Assembly: GCA_947497475.1 (NCBI GenBank)
Contig: CANMGS010000001.1
Span: 1,197,747 to 1,261,746, forward strand
DNA from: an uncultured Amylibacter sp.
GTDB taxonomy: Bacteria > Pseudomonadota > Alphaproteobacteria > Rhodobacterales > Rhodobacteraceae
DNA length: 64,000 bases
Direction: 5' to 3'
Shown: positions 39,828 to 50,919 of the stretch, in pieces
Layout of the letters: each line of letters opens with the position of its first letter
Position numbering within the stretch: the first letter of the stretch is position 1
The notes under the pieces: model-generated
The model's input: the letters and a program-made list of their open reading frames with translations, nothing else
Databases searched by the model: none
Told to the model about the DNA's origin: nothing
Program-made: the position numbers and the translations under genes

Positions 39828-39860
39828 ACTATGTATTATGTATACTTGCAGGAGATACAT

Positions 39861-40106
39861 ATGCCATTTCTATTAACTATGATTGTTGGTGCTGCCGCTG
39901 GATTACTGGCAGTGCGCTTTATGAATGTTCAAGCTAGCGCATTGGTCGCCGTAGCAATTGGCGTTCTGGGCGCAGTCGTCGGCGGCATTGTGCTTCGCAC
40001 TCTGGCTGCAATGTTTGTTGGTACTTCAAGTGTGCTCAGTATCTTTATCGGCGGCTTGCTAGGCGCTGTTGTCCTGATTTGGATATATCGCCGATACTTT
40101 AAATAG
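39861..40106 (+). CDS. GlsB/YeaQ/YmgE-family (transglycosylase-associated) small membrane protein
   Basis: 81 aa, [17 protein letters not shown]..., glycine-zipper TM helices. GCAGGAGA lies 6 nt upstream of the ATG. The longer ORF-track start (39801) sits inside the upstream terminator. Confidence 0.75.
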   Translation: MPFLLTMIVGAAAGLLAVRFMNVQASALVAVAIGVLGAVVGGIVLRTLAAMFVGTSSVLSIFIGGLLGAVVLIWIYRRYFK

Positions 40107-40791
40107 ACTTTTGGTTCACACGTTTTGAAAGCTCTTCACGTGTTTCCACCCGTTCGCTGTAACGATCAACCAGATAATCTTTGCGATCTTTCGTCAGCAC
40201 AGTGAATTTAACCAGTTCTTCCATTACATCGACCATACGGTTGTAAAACGGGCTTGGTTTCATACGGTCATTATCATCGAACTCTAGGAATGCTTTGGGG
40301 ACTGAGGATTGGTTTGGAATTGTCAGTAAGCGCATCCAACGCCCTAAGATACGCAATTGGTTCACAGTGTTGAAACTTTGTGACCCACCATTCACCTGCA
40401 TCACCGCCAATGTTTTCCCTTGGGTCGGACGCACGCCACCTATGGGGGCTAATGGAATCCAATCGATTTGAGCTTTCATGATACCTGTCATGGCACCGTG
40501 ACGTTCAGGCGAACACCAGACCATGCCATCTGACCACATTACGAGATCGCGTAATTCTTGCACTTTGGGGTGCGTCTCATCGTGATCGTCTGGCAAAGGT
40601 AATCCAGAAGGATCGAATATTTTGGTTTCAGCGTCATAGCGATTCAACACACGTGCAGCTTCTTCGGTCATCAAGCGACTGAAAGAGCGATCACGTAGTG
40701 AGCCGTAGAGTAACAGGATTTTTGGCGCGGTTTCTGAGTGGTTTTCAATCGTATGAAAACAAGCATCATTTACGTTTGGTGTGTCAGACAT
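40099..40791 (-). CDS. arsH: Arsenical-resistance protein ArsH (NADPH-dependent FMN reductase)
   Basis: 230 aa. ...[25 protein letters not shown]...[22 protein letters not shown]... is highly ArsH-like. Confidence 0.88.
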   Translation of the reverse strand: MSDTPNVNDACFHTIENHSETAPKILLLYGSLRDRSFSRLMTEEAARVLNRYDAETKIFDPSGLPLPDDHDETHPKVQELRDLVMWSDGMVWCSPERHGAMTGIMKAQIDWIPLAPIGGVRPTQGKTLAVMQVNGGSQSFNTVNQLRILGRWMRLLTIPNQSSVPKAFLEFDDNDRMKPSPFYNRMVDVMEELVKFTVLTKDRKDYLVDRYSERVETREELSKRVNQKSI

Positions 40792-40933
40792 AGTGGCATC
40801 CTTTTGTTGCGACGGTCTTTGATGATTTGGAGATGCAAGTCAAGTTTGCCATCTGCGAATTCGGTTGGATTGTTTTGTCGCTCAGTATAGCATTTTTGTA
40901 AAAGTTATTTGTCAAACCTAAAGGAAATTCAAA

Positions 40934-41224
40934 ATGGTTGCTTATGTTGTTGTTGATACCAAGATTACCAATGCAGAGGTTTATGAAACCTATAAAGCAC
41001 AGGCAAAACCGATTGCCGAAAAATATGGCGGTGTTTACCGCACGCGTGGTGGCGAAATGGATGTGTTGGAAAATGATCTGTGGACGCCAACACGTATTGT
41101 GATCGTAGAGTTCCCATCCATGCAAGCCGCACGTGATTTTGTGAATTCAGAAGAGTATCAGCCTGTGAAAGCCATTCGTCATGCGAATGCGGAATGCACA
41201 TTGGCGATTGTCGAGGGCGTTTAA
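40934..41224 (+). CDS. DUF1330-domain protein
   Basis: 96 aa. MVAYVVVDTKITNAEVYETYKAQAKPIAEKYGG...IVEFPSMQAARDF is the DUF1330 pattern. Confidence 0.8.
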   Translation: MVAYVVVDTKITNAEVYETYKAQAKPIAEKYGGVYRTRGGEMDVLENDLWTPTRIVIVEFPSMQAARDFVNSEEYQPVKAIRHANAECTLAIVEGV

Positions 41225-41556
41225 ATATCTTCTTTACAAATGGCGCGATCGATTTCCATCAACTCTACGGGCGCGCCATTTACTTCGACAAAGGCTACAA
41301 CAAGTCCTTCGATCGGGCTGTTTGGCTCTATGATGACAGTCATGCCCTTTAAAGCTTCTTCGAGATTATCAACTTCGAAAGCAACATGTGGCACGGTTTT
41401 GACAACATCAGGATACGGGGCATCATCGTGGTATCTTTGCCATTGAATGCCGAATGGATTATTCCTGTGATCGCTGACTGTCATCTTTAGATGAGGCAGT
41501 TCTATTTCACCTTCAAAACGACCAGTAGTAGGAATACCTATGTGATTAAATTTCAT
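41221..41556 (-). CDS. VOC (glyoxalase/bleomycin-resistance fold)-like small protein
   Basis: 111 aa. MKFNHIGIPT...PHVAFEVDNLEEAL... looks like a single VOC module. The assignment is tentative. Confidence 0.55.
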   Translation of the reverse strand: MKFNHIGIPTTGRFEGEIELPHLKMTVSDHRNNPFGIQWQRYHDDAPYPDVVKTVPHVAFEVDNLEEALKGMTVIIEPNSPIEGLVVAFVEVNGAPVELMEIDRAICKEDI

Positions 41557-41571
41557 GCCGATAGCTTTTGG

Positions 41572-42024
41572 TTAAGATTTAAAAGGTTCCATACCAGCGC
41601 GCGCTAATTCATCCGCACGCTCATTCTCGGCGTGCCCCGCGTGCCCTTTGATCCATTCCCACGTAACATTGTGGCGTTTGGTAGCCTCATCCAAACGCTG
41701 CCAAAGCTCTGCGTTTTTCACGGGTTTTTTAGAGGCGTTTTTCCACCCGTTTTTCTTCCACCCAAAAATCCAACTGGTGATACCATCTTTGACATAAGAG
41801 CTATCAGTCACAACCGTAATAGCGCTGGGCTTTTCTAGAATTTCCAGCGCAGTAATCGCAGCCATCAATTCCATCTGATTGTTGGTTGTATGCTCTGCGC
41901 CACCTTTAAGTTCGCGTTCTTTGATGACTGTGTCGCCGTCTTTGGCAAACAACAAAACACCCCAACCCCCTGGGCCAGGATTGCCTGAACAAGCGCCATC
42001 TGTATATGCGTATAGATCAGGCAT
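41572..42024 (-). CDS. rnhA: Ribonuclease HI
   Basis: 150 aa. [16 protein letters not shown]...TNNQMEL...DSSYV...[14 protein letters not shown]. Confidence 0.95.
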   Translation of the reverse strand: MPDLYAYTDGACSGNPGPGGWGVLLFAKDGDTVIKERELKGGAEHTTNNQMELMAAITALEILEKPSAITVVTDSSYVKDGITSWIFGWKKNGWKNASKKPVKNAELWQRLDEATKRHNVTWEWIKGHAGHAENERADELARAGMEPFKS

Positions 42025-42607
42025 GGGCGGTTACGATCATGAAGGGATCCATAGTGCCAGCCATGCCTTTTTCGGCGCTGTGGCGTGTGCTGAGAATGGT
42101 AAAGCCAGCGTCAGTCATTAAATCGTGCAACTCGTGCTCTTCGTAATATGTATACATACGCTCCAGATCATCTCGGTCTGAACCTGTCCCTGTTTTCAGA
42201 CCAATATGAAAGTGCCCTGATGGTTTTAAAGCTTTATAGATGGCGGACAGATGACGTGGCATATCAACTTTTGGGGCATGCAACAGGCTGAAATTTGCCC
42301 AGATGCCATCATATTTTGCTTCTGCAATTAGGTCATCGAATGTGGCAAGTCTCGCATTCACACCAAATTTGCCTTTTGCCATTTTGACCATTTCAGATGA
42401 GGCATCAATCGCCTCGACCACAAGACCTGTATCCTGCATCATTTTCGCAGAATTACCTGGTCCACACCCAAAATCCAAAACAGTTCCACCTGTAGGAACA
42501 GCATCTAGGAAATTTTGCAGATCTTGATCTGGTGTCGTACGGCTGACCAAATCAACATAAGTCTGCGCTCGTCTATTATACGTATCGATCGTCTGTTTAT
42601 CTGGCAT
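42017..42607 (-). CDS. Class I SAM-dependent methyltransferase
   Basis: 196 aa. Motif [10 protein letters not shown]. 8-nt overlap with rnhA. Confidence 0.8.
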   Translation of the reverse strand: MPDKQTIDTYNRRAQTYVDLVSRTTPDQDLQNFLDAVPTGGTVLDFGCGPGNSAKMMQDTGLVVEAIDASSEMVKMAKGKFGVNARLATFDDLIAEAKYDGIWANFSLLHAPKVDMPRHLSAIYKALKPSGHFHIGLKTGTGSDRDDLERMYTYYEEHELHDLMTDAGFTILSTRHSAEKGMAGTMDPFMIVTAHA

Positions 42608-42611
42608 ACTC

Positions 42612-43559
42612 TTAAGCGGGCTCTCTTAGAACGCGAGGTACTTTAAATTCTACATTCTCAACAGCCGTTTCAACGATCTTTGTTGTGACGTCGTAGCGAT
42701 CTTTGAACGCATCAATGACTTCATTGATCAGAATTTCAGGAGCAGAAGCGCCCGCAGTGATGCCAACGGATTTTACGCCATCCATAGCGCGCCAATCAAT
42801 GTCTTTGGCGCGTTGAACCAGTTGCGAATAATTGCAGCCTGCATTTGAGCCCACTTCGACCAAACGTTTTGAGTTCGATGAATTTGGCGCACCGATAACC
42901 AAAAGCGCGTCAATCATTGGTGCCACTGCTTTCACGGCTTCTTGGCGGTTGGTTGTGGCGTAACAAATGTCTTCTTTATGTGGCCCAACGATATTTGGAA
43001 AACGGGTTTGCAACGCTTTCACAATTTCCACGGTGTCATCCACGCTCAAAGTGGTCTGTGTTATGTAAGCCAGCTTGTTTTCGTCGCGTGGTGTTAATGT
43101 GGCGACATCTGCAGGTGTTTCCACAAGCAGAACTTCACCTTCTGGTAATTGTCCCATCGTACCGATGGTTTCTGGGTGGCCAGCGTGACCGATCATCACC
43201 ATTTGCAAACCGTTTTGATTGTGCCGATCTGCCTCAATGTGAACTTTAGAAACCAATGGGCAGGTCGCATCAACGTAGATCATATTGCGATGTTCTGCCG
43301 CTGCAGGTACAGATTTCGGCACACCGTGGGCCGAGAAAATCACGGGGCGGTCTGTTGGGCATTCATCCAACTCTTCAACAAAGATAGCACCTTTGTCGCG
43401 TAGGCCATCAACCACGTATTTGTTGTGTACGATTTCATGGCGCACATAAACGGGCGCCCCCCATTTTTCGATCGCCATCTCAACGATCTTAATGGCACGG
43501 TCAACACCAGCGCAAAAACCGCGCGGTGCTGCTAGGTATAGATTCAATTTCTGTTTCAT
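42612..43559 (-). CDS. ispH: 4-hydroxy-3-methylbut-2-enyl diphosphate reductase
   Basis: 315 aa. ...[12 protein letters not shown]...VRHEIVHN...ATCPLV... are the IspH/LytB signatures. Confidence 0.95.
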   Translation of the reverse strand: MKQKLNLYLAAPRGFCAGVDRAIKIVEMAIEKWGAPVYVRHEIVHNKYVVDGLRDKGAIFVEELDECPTDRPVIFSAHGVPKSVPAAAEHRNMIYVDATCPLVSKVHIEADRHNQNGLQMVMIGHAGHPETIGTMGQLPEGEVLLVETPADVATLTPRDENKLAYITQTTLSVDDTVEIVKALQTRFPNIVGPHKEDICYATTNRQEAVKAVAPMIDALLVIGAPNSSNSKRLVEVGSNAGCNYSQLVQRAKDIDWRAMDGVKSVGITAGASAPEILINEVIDAFKDRYDVTTKIVETAVENVEFKVPRVLREPA

Positions 43560-43592
43560 GGGAATGGATATGCCACAGTTCCTGAAATGATT

Positions 43593-43620
43593 TAAGCCCC
43601 AAACTTACGTTCGGGGCTTA
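43593..43620. other. Hairpin between the NYN gene and ispH
   Basis: Perfect 8-bp stem TAAGCCCC / GGGGCTTA with a 12-nt loop. No convincing U-tract on the minus strand. Confidence 0.35.
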
Positions 43621-43656
43621 GCTTGCTACTCTTTGTATTTTTACAGGTCAGAAGTC

Positions 43657-44238
43657 TTAATCAACTGGCTCTGGATCTGGATACATTGCCGGAGCGTTTT
43701 CATCTTCTGGACGTGGTGGGCGGCCCACAACATCGCGCAATTCATCAAGTTCGATAAAGTTATCGGCTTGGCGGCGCAATTCGTCTGAGATCATAGGCGG
43801 TTGTGAACGAATTGTAGACACAACAGAAACGCGCACACCTTGGCGTTGTAGTGATTCAATCAATGGGCGGTAGTCGCCATCACCAGAGAAGATCACCATG
43901 TGATCGACATGCGGTGCTAGTTCCATAGCATTCACAGCCAATTCGATATCCATGTTACCTTTGACTTTTTTGCGGCCCATTGAATCTGTGTATTCTTTGG
44001 CAGCTTTTGTCACCATTGTGAAACCGTTGTAGTTCAGCCAATCAACCAATGGGCGGATTGGTGAGTACTCGTCATTTTCTAGTAGTGCAGTGTAGTAGAA
44101 AGCGCGCAGGAGTTTGCCACGTCGCATGAACTCGGTTCTCAATAACTTGTAATCAATATCAAACCCAAGCGACTTGGCGGCGGCATATAAGTTCGAGCCG
44201 TCGATAAAGAGAGCTAATCGCTCGTCGCGGTAAAACAT
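43657..44238 (-). CDS. LabA/NYN-domain protein
   Basis: 193 aa. ...LALFIDGSNLY...KGNMDIELAV...IFSGDGDYRPLIESLQ... is the NYN/PIN-like acidic-residue pattern. Confidence 0.8.
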   Translation of the reverse strand: MFYRDERLALFIDGSNLYAAAKSLGFDIDYKLLRTEFMRRGKLLRAFYYTALLENDEYSPIRPLVDWLNYNGFTMVTKAAKEYTDSMGRKKVKGNMDIELAVNAMELAPHVDHMVIFSGDGDYRPLIESLQRQGVRVSVVSTIRSQPPMISDELRRQADNFIELDELRDVVGRPPRPEDENAPAMYPDPEPVD

Positions 44239-44346
44239 ATTGTTTCCTTTTTAAAGTTTCTTCCGTAATTAAGTTCGACCAATGAATTGTAGTATTTTGC
44301 GTGTACCCAATAGGCAGAACTTGCCTGAACATAAGGGCTTAAGTGT

Positions 44347-44943
44347 ATGCATCAAGAGAAAAACAACCAAACTAACTTAAAGATAGCTTATATTGCCCTA
44401 GGGTCAAATCTAAGCAGTGAGCTTGGGGATTCTGTATCTCTGATAAAATCAGCATATGAACTACTATCACAGCAAAGCATAATAATTGATAAATGTAGCC
44501 CGTTTTACGAGACACCAGCATTTCCAGCGGGAAATGGCCCAAATTACGTAAATACAGCTATAAAAATCAAAACGGCATTGAAACCAGAGGCGCTTTTGCA
44601 GGTTTTACATGATGTTGAAGCCCAGTTGGGAAGAGAGCGGGATATACGTTGGGAATCCCGCGTTATTGATGTCGATCTACTGGATTATCAGGGGATGGTA
44701 CTGCCTGATGCCAAAACATATGAAAATTGGCGAAATATGTCTCTGGAAAAACAAATTACCACTTGGCCCAAAGAACTGATTCTACCGCACCCACGGATTG
44801 AAGACCGTGCTTTTGTTCTTGTACCTTTGCAATTTATTGAACCAAAATGGGTGCATCCAAATACTAAAGACATCATCAGTAAGTTGATAAGCCGAATTTC
44901 ACCCCAAGATTTAGATGTAGTTGTCCCAATTTCAGATTGCTAA
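44347..44943 (+). CDS. folK: 2-amino-4-hydroxy-6-hydroxymethyldihydropteridine diphosphokinase
   Basis: 198 aa. ...AYIALGSNL...PFYETPA...RWESRVIDVDLL...LPHPRIEDRAFVLVPL. Confidence 0.85.
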   Translation: MHQEKNNQTNLKIAYIALGSNLSSELGDSVSLIKSAYELLSQQSIIIDKCSPFYETPAFPAGNGPNYVNTAIKIKTALKPEALLQVLHDVEAQLGRERDIRWESRVIDVDLLDYQGMVLPDAKTYENWRNMSLEKQITTWPKELILPHPRIEDRAFVLVPLQFIEPKWVHPNTKDIISKLISRISPQDLDVVVPISDC

Positions 44944-45023
44944 GATTACGGCTATTGCCCTTGCCATTCTTGTAGAAAACGCATATGTAGCCGTTTCATT
45001 CACACCATGTTTTGGAGTTCACA

Positions 45024-45374
45024 ATGGCTCGTGTCACAGTTGAAGATTGCGTAGATAAAGTTTCTAACCGTTTTGATTTGGTTTTATTGGCGGCACATCG
45101 TGCGCGCGAATTGTCTACAGGTGCTGAAATTACAGTCCCACGTGACAACGATAAAAACCCTGTTGTAGCACTGCGTGAAATCGCTGACGAAACTTTGACA
45201 GCTGAGCAACTTCGTGAAGCGGCTATTGAAAGCCACCAGACACAAATCGAAGTGGATGAGCCAGAAGAAGATCAAATGGCACTTCTTATGGGTGAAGAGA
45301 CAGATAAAGCGGATGACGACATGTCAGAAGAAAATCTGTTACGTGCTTTAATGGAAGCACAAGAAATGAAGTAA
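45024..45374 (+). CDS. rpoZ: DNA-directed RNA polymerase subunit omega
   Basis: 116 aa from the ATG at 45024. [28 protein letters not shown] is the canonical omega N-terminus. Confidence 0.92.
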   Translation: MARVTVEDCVDKVSNRFDLVLLAAHRARELSTGAEITVPRDNDKNPVVALREIADETLTAEQLREAAIESHQTQIEVDEPEEDQMALLMGEETDKADDDMSEENLLRALMEAQEMK

Positions 45375-45428
45375 GGACAAGCTGCCAAGCTTCGGTTTGG
45401 CACGGCGCCCACATAAGGAGCAGCCGAA

Positions 45429-47570
45429 ATGATTCCTGTTGAAAAACTTGTAGATCACGTCCGCACTTATAATCCGAATACAAACGTTAAACTCATTACG
45501 GATGCTTATGAGTACGGAAAGCTTATGCATGAAGGTCAGTTTCGACATTCAGGCGAACCGTATTTTACGCACCCGATTGAAGTGGCAGCATTACTTGCCC
45601 AACAAAGTTTGGATGATTCCACAATTGTAACGGCTCTATTGCACGATACGATTGAGGATACGAAATCTACATATAAAGAAATTGCGAAACGTTTCGGTGT
45701 AGAGGTTGCACAGCTTGTTGATGGCGTCACCAAGTTGACTAATCTAGAGCTGACATCCAAGGATGCGAAGCAAGCGGAGAATGTTCGCAAGCTGCTTTTG
45801 GCAATGTCTAAAGATGTGCGTGTTATATTGGTAAAGCTCGGTGACCGTTTGCATAACATGCGGACGATTAAGCATATGCGCCCTGAAAAGCAGCAGCAAA
45901 AAGCACGTGAAACGATGGATATCTTTGCGCCACTAGCAGGCCGTATGGGTATGCAATGGATGCGGGATGAGTTGGAAGATTTGTCGTTCCGCGTGCTGAA
46001 CCCCGAAGGCCGCAATTCAATCTTGCGCCGTTTTTTGACACTTCGCAATCAAACAGAAGATGTCATTCCTCAAATTACGCAAGACATTCGTGATGTTCTG
46101 CAAAAAGCGAATATCGAAGCGGAAGTGTTCGGGCGTGAGAAAAAACCTTATTCCGTTTGGCGCAAAATGCAGGAAAAAGGCGAAGGATTTTCGAGATTAT
46201 CGGACATCTACGCCTTTCGTATTCTGACAAATAACGAACAAGATATTTACCTTGCTTTGGGGGCTGTGCACAGCCGTTGGACCGCTGTGCCTGGTCGATT
46301 TAAAGATTATCTTAGTCAGCCAAAGTCGAATGGTTACAGATCGGTTCACACCACTGTTTCTGGTCGTGATGGTAAGCGTGTTGAAATTCAGATGCGAACG
46401 CGTGAAATGCATGATGTGGCTGAAACAGGTGTGGCGGCACACTGGTCCTATAAAGATGGGCAACGTGTAGAAAACCCCTTTGCAGTTGACCCATTCACGT
46501 GGCTTGCGTCTTTGACAGAGCGACTGGGCAATAGTGATGAACAGGATCACGAAGAATTCCTAGAACACGTTAAATTAGACATGTTCTCGGATCAGGTGTT
46601 TTGTTTTACTCCAAAGGGCGAGGTTATTCAGTTGCCGCGTGGGGCTACACCGATTGATTTTGCATATGCGATCCATACGCGTATCGGTGCTGCATGTGTT
46701 GGCGCCAAAGTTGATGGTCGCCGCGTGCCACTTTGGACAAGATTGCGTAATGGACAATCTGTATTGATTACAACGGCAGAGGGTCAACGCCCCCAACCAA
46801 GTTGGATTGACACGGCTGTGACAGGCCGCGCTAAATCTGCGATCCGCCGCGCACTTAGAGAAGAACACCGCGAAGGATATATCCGGCTGGGCAAAGAACT
46901 TGCACGTGTGGCCTTGGAACATGTTGGTAAAAAATCCAGTGACAAAGCATTGCAGACTGCAGCAAACAAACTAGGTCTTAAAGATAAGAATGATTTGTTG
47001 GCTCGGCTGGGAGGTGCTGAAATGACTGGCGCTGATTTGGTTGGTGTCTTGTATCCAGAATTGATTACAGAAGATAAATCAGATGGCGATCTTCCTGTTG
47101 CGGAAATCATTGGTCTAAATCCTGGGCAATACGCGCAACCTGGGCAGTGTTGTCAACCTTTGCCTGGTGAACGGATTGTAGGTATTGCGACACGAGGTAA
47201 AGGCGTGGTCTTCCATACAATGCACTGCGAGCGTTTGGTGGAATATGAAAATGAAGCAAATCGCTGGATGGATTTGCAATGGACACGCGGCCGTACGGAA
47301 GCTGTGAATAATGTAACAATCGAAGTCACAATGGCAAACGATGCAGGTGTTCTTGGGCGCATTTGTACTTTGATTGGTGAGCAAAATGCCAATATTTCGA
47401 ATTTGGAATTCACAGAAAGAAAACCTGATTTTTACAGAATGACGATTGAAATTCAGGTGCGGGATGTGGAACACCTTCACAATGTAATGACTGCGGTAGA
47501 AGCTGATTCGGATGTAGCTAGTGTTAAACGTAAACGACGGCGCAAATCTGATGATAAGACATCACAGTAA
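45429..47570 (+). CDS. spoT: Bifunctional (p)ppGpp synthetase/hydrolase (RelA/SpoT homolog)
   Basis: 713 aa. HD motif HDTIEDT, synthetase region ...YRSVHTTV..., then TGS and ACT-like C-terminal domains. Confidence 0.95.
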   Translation: MIPVEKLVDHVRTYNPNTNVKLITDAYEYGKLMHEGQFRHSGEPYFTHPIEVAALLAQQSLDDSTIVTALLHDTIEDTKSTYKEIAKRFGVEVAQLVDGVTKLTNLELTSKDAKQAENVRKLLLAMSKDVRVILVKLGDRLHNMRTIKHMRPEKQQQKARETMDIFAPLAGRMGMQWMRDELEDLSFRVLNPEGRNSILRRFLTLRNQTEDVIPQITQDIRDVLQKANIEAEVFGREKKPYSVWRKMQEKGEGFSRLSDIYAFRILTNNEQDIYLALGAVHSRWTAVPGRFKDYLSQPKSNGYRSVHTTVSGRDGKRVEIQMRTREMHDVAETGVAAHWSYKDGQRVENPFAVDPFTWLASLTERLGNSDEQDHEEFLEHVKLDMFSDQVFCFTPKGEVIQLPRGATPIDFAYAIHTRIGAACVGAKVDGRRVPLWTRLRNGQSVLITTAEGQRPQPSWIDTAVTGRAKSAIRRALREEHREGYIRLGKELARVALEHVGKKSSDKALQTAANKLGLKDKNDLLARLGGAEMTGADLVGVLYPELITEDKSDGDLPVAEIIGLNPGQYAQPGQCCQPLPGERIVGIATRGKGVVFHTMHCERLVEYENEANRWMDLQWTRGRTEAVNNVTIEVTMANDAGVLGRICTLIGEQNANISNLEFTERKPDFYRMTIEIQVRDVEHLHNVMTAVEADSDVASVKRKRRRKSDDKTSQ

Positions 47571-47596
47571 ACTACTGTATGACGGAGCAATGACGC

Positions 47597-48226
47597 GTGT
47601 TTAAACGCCGTAAAAAACAAACATCATGGCAAGCTATTGTCGAATTGATGTATCCCCGAAAGGGGTGGAGACGTGGGATTGATTATATCAGTCACCGCCT
47701 CAAGCGTTTGCCTGATACTCCGCACCGGATTGCGCTTGGAATTGCCGTTGGCGCATTTGTGTCTTTTTCACCGCTCTTTGGTCTGCATTTTATAGCCGCA
47801 TGGTGGATTGCACTTGCTTTGCGTGCGAATGTTTTTGCCGCATTATTGGGGACATTCTTTGGTAACCCTTTAACATTCCCGTTTATTGCGGCAACAAGTT
47901 ACCAACTGGGTTTGCGTATGTTGGGCAAAGCCGAAGAGCAAACAGTTTGGGTGCGTTTAAGAGATGCGTTTGAAGATGCATTTGGAACGATCTGGGGCAA
48001 TATAAAATCATTATTTGGATATAAGCACAGCTCTTGGGATGGTTTTTTGGAGTTCATCCAAGATGTTTTTATCCCTTATTTGGTTGGTGGGATATTACCT
48101 GGTATCATTACAGGTATTGTTTGTTATATTTTCTCAAAACCTCTTATTGCGACTTATCAAAAACGGCGTAAGCTGAAGATGGAAGAACGCAAGGCCCGTA
48201 AATTGGCACAAAGCGATACTGAGTAA
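47597..48226 (+). CDS. DUF2062-domain membrane protein
   Basis: 209 aa. ...YPRKGWRRGIDYISHRLKRLPDTPHRIALGIAVGAFVSFSP... is the DUF2062 pattern. GTG start. Confidence 0.72.
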   Translation: MFKRRKKQTSWQAIVELMYPRKGWRRGIDYISHRLKRLPDTPHRIALGIAVGAFVSFSPLFGLHFIAAWWIALALRANVFAALLGTFFGNPLTFPFIAATSYQLGLRMLGKAEEQTVWVRLRDAFEDAFGTIWGNIKSLFGYKHSSWDGFLEFIQDVFIPYLVGGILPGIITGIVCYIFSKPLIATYQKRRKLKMEERKARKLAQSDTE

Positions 48227-48264
48227 CTTAAAGTCTGCTTAATTTAGCAAGGTGAGGCCTTTAT

Positions 48265-49011
48265 ATGGACACACAACATCGTAAAATCCGTCTTGGCGTA
48301 AACATTGATCATGTGGCAACAGTGCGCAATGCGCGCGGTGGTGCTGTGCCTGATCCGTTGCGTGCAGCTTTATTGGCGGAAAAAGCAGGCGCTGATGGCA
48401 TTACTGCGCACCTACGTGAAGATCGCCGTCATATTACGGATTCAGATATTGATGCATTAATGGCGAACCTTTCCGTTCCACTGAATTTTGAAATGGCGGC
48501 AACCGATGAAATGCAACAGATTGCATTGCGCCATAAACCACATGCGGTTTGTATTGTTCCCGAAAAGCGCGAAGAACGTACCACAGAAGGTGGGTTAGAA
48601 GTGGCGCGTGAAGAGAATAAGCTAGCACATTATATTGCGCCGCTGCGCGATGCTGGGTGCCGTGTTTCAATTTTTATTGCCGCTGATCAAAAACAGATTG
48701 AAGCAGCTCACCGCATTGGCGCCCCTGTGATTGAATTGCATACAGGTGCCTATTGTGATGCACATGCCGAAGGGCGATTTGAGGAACGTGATGAAGAGTT
48801 AGCACGCTTGCGCGATATGTGTGTCTTTGCGACTTCATTAGGCTTAGAAGTACATGCAGGACACGGTTTGACTTATGATACGGTTCAACCAATTGCAGCA
48901 TTCCCAGACATCGTGGAATTGAACATTGGGCATTTCTTAATTGGCGAAGCAATTTTTGATGGGTTGGAAACAGCCATTGGTAAAATGCGTCAACTTATGG
49001 ATGATGCATGA
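48265..49011 (+). CDS. pdxJ: Pyridoxine 5'-phosphate synthase
   Basis: 248 aa. [16 protein letters not shown]...[12 protein letters not shown]...HAGHGL. Confidence 0.95.
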   Translation: MDTQHRKIRLGVNIDHVATVRNARGGAVPDPLRAALLAEKAGADGITAHLREDRRHITDSDIDALMANLSVPLNFEMAATDEMQQIALRHKPHAVCIVPEKREERTTEGGLEVAREENKLAHYIAPLRDAGCRVSIFIAADQKQIEAAHRIGAPVIELHTGAYCDAHAEGRFEERDEELARLRDMCVFATSLGLEVHAGHGLTYDTVQPIAAFPDIVELNIGHFLIGEAIFDGLETAIGKMRQLMDDA

Positions 49012-49409
49012 TTATCGGGATCGGAACAGATCTTGCCAACATTGAGCGTATCCAAGGAACATTGGATCGGTTTGGTGATCGGTTCCGAAATAGAGTCTTT
49101 ACCGAAATAGAACAAACAAAGGCCGAGCGCCGTAAAGATGTTGCAGGAACCTATGCAAAACGTTGGGCAGCTAAAGAAGCTTGTTCTAAGGCGCTGGGTA
49201 CAGGTCTTGCTATGGGGATTTCATGGAAAGACATGGCGGTCCAAAATTTAAGTACGGGTCAACCAACCATGACATTGACTGGCTGGGCCAAAGAGCGTTT
49301 GGCAGAGATGACACCCGAAGGTCATGAAGCATACGTTCACGTAACATTGACCGATGATCATCCTTGGGCACAAGCATTCGTTGTGATTGAGGCGCGTCCC
49401 AAAGCTTGA
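49008..49409 (+). CDS. acpS: Holo-[acyl-carrier-protein] synthase
   Basis: 133 aa. [15 protein letters not shown]...[13 protein letters not shown]. 4-nt overlap with pdxJ. Confidence 0.9.
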   Translation: MIIGIGTDLANIERIQGTLDRFGDRFRNRVFTEIEQTKAERRKDVAGTYAKRWAAKEACSKALGTGLAMGISWKDMAVQNLSTGQPTMTLTGWAKERLAEMTPEGHEAYVHVTLTDDHPWAQAFVVIEARPKA

Positions 49410-49462
49410 CTATCATCTGATCTAAGGTCATGTAGCTGGCACAAAGAACAAGGGTTTATAAA

Positions 49463-50242
49463 ATGGCGGAAAAACAATCAGAAGGCATCGGTGAAACGAT
49501 CAAAACGATTGTATATGCATTGCTGATTGCAGGCATCATACGGACTTTGTTCTTTCAGCCATTTTGGATCCCATCAGGTTCTATGAAATCAACACTTTTA
49601 GTTGGGGACTTCATGTTCGTGAATAAAATGGCCTATGGCTATTCAAAATATTCATGCCCTTGGGGATTATGCCCAATCACTGGCCGTATCTTATCCAGTG
49701 AGCCAGAGCGCGGTGATATTATTGTTTTCAGACATCCAACGCGCGGTGTGGATTATATCAAACGCTTGATCGGACTTCCTGGTGACAAGGTGCAGATGAA
49801 ATCTGGTCAGCTTTATCTCAATGACAAAGCAGTGCCTATGGAATCTTTGGGTAATTTTACCGAAGTGAAATTACCGCAAGGGCCGTTGGGTAGTACGCCA
49901 GCATGTCATAACAGTCCTGTTGCTTTGGGTGGTTCATGTGACAAAGAAATGTTCAAAGAAACGTTGCCAAACGGTGTTGAGCACGTAACTTTGAATATTC
50001 GCACAACGCGTTCTGATGATACACCAGTGTTTAATGTGCCAGCAGGCCATTACTTCTTTATGGGTGATAACCGTGACAATTCACAAGACAGCCGTGTGCC
50101 GTTAAGCTTGGGTGGTGTTGGGTATGTACCTGCAGAATATTTGATTGGCCGTGCGGATCGTGTGATATTCTCATCAGCTGGTAAACGCATGTTGTATTTC
50201 TGGACATGGCGCACAGATCGTTTTTTCAAGGGGCTTGAGTGA
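49463..50242 (+). CDS. lepB: Signal peptidase I
   Basis: 259 aa. [10 protein letters not shown] (catalytic Ser), [11 protein letters not shown] (Lys), [11 protein letters not shown]. Confidence 0.95.
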   Translation: MAEKQSEGIGETIKTIVYALLIAGIIRTLFFQPFWIPSGSMKSTLLVGDFMFVNKMAYGYSKYSCPWGLCPITGRILSSEPERGDIIVFRHPTRGVDYIKRLIGLPGDKVQMKSGQLYLNDKAVPMESLGNFTEVKLPQGPLGSTPACHNSPVALGGSCDKEMFKETLPNGVEHVTLNIRTTRSDDTPVFNVPAGHYFFMGDNRDNSQDSRVPLSLGGVGYVPAEYLIGRADRVIFSSAGKRMLYFWTWRTDRFFKGLE

Positions 50243-50919
50243 AACTCGCGAGTGAACTGAAAGATTTTTGCGAACGGTTGGGGCATGAATTTTCCCAACC
50301 AGAGCTGTTGATAGAGGCGACGACGCATTCATCGCTTAGCTCTCCAACGCGATCTGATAACCAACGTCTTGAGTTTCTGGGTGATCGTGTGTTGGCGCTG
50401 ATTATCGCGCAAGCGTTGTTGAATAAAGACAAAGATGCAAGCGAGGGTTTGCTGGCACCACGATTTAATGCGTTGGTGCGCAAAGAAGCTTGTGCCGATG
50501 TTGCTATTCAAATTGATTTAGGTGCTGCGTTAAAACTTGGCCGTTCTGAAATGCTTTCAGGTGGGCGCAAAAAGATTGCTATCCTTGGCGACGCTATGGA
50601 AGCGGTGATTGCGGCGGTCTATTTGGATGCAGGATTTGATGTCGCTGAAGAAGTGATCCTACGCCTTTGGGGGGAACGGATTGATGCCGCTAAAGAAGAT
50701 GCACGCGATCCTAAGACGACATTACAGGAATGGGCGCAGGCACACAAAATGCCGCCACCCAAATACGTTGAAATAGGGCGCAGTGGCCCAGATCATGCGC
50801 CTGTGTTTAAAATAGAAGCGCAGTTATCAAACGGGGGGTCTGCCTCTGCCAGTGCGCCATCGAAACGCCAAGCCCAGCAAATGGCTGCGGCGAAATTATT
50901 AGAACAGGTGGATACCTAA
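50239..50919 (+). CDS. rnc: Ribonuclease III
   Basis: 226 aa. Signature [12 protein letters not shown] plus a C-terminal dsRBD. GTG start overlaps the lepB stop. Confidence 0.95.
   Translation: MKLASELKDFCERLGHEFSQPELLIEATTHSSLSSPTRSDNQRLEFLGDRVLALIIAQALLNKDKDASEGLLAPRFNALVRKEACADVAIQIDLGAALKLGRSEMLSGGRKKIAILGDAMEAVIAAVYLDAGFDVAEEVILRLWGERIDAAKEDARDPKTTLQEWAQAHKMPPPKYVEIGRSGPDHAPVFKIEAQLSNGGSASASAPSKRQAQQMAAAKLLEQVDT

Noticed and set aside
44347-44943. folK looks AT-rich at its 5' end (hand count 43 G+C in the first 120 nt, against 54 in 120 for rpoZ), which could suggest horizontal acquisition
   Set aside because: The NYN-folK-rpoZ-spoT arrangement is conserved synteny in alphaproteobacteria as far as I recall. 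The protein is an ordinary FolK, and a 120-nt hand count is too small a sample. A proper windowed GC and codon analysis would be needed.
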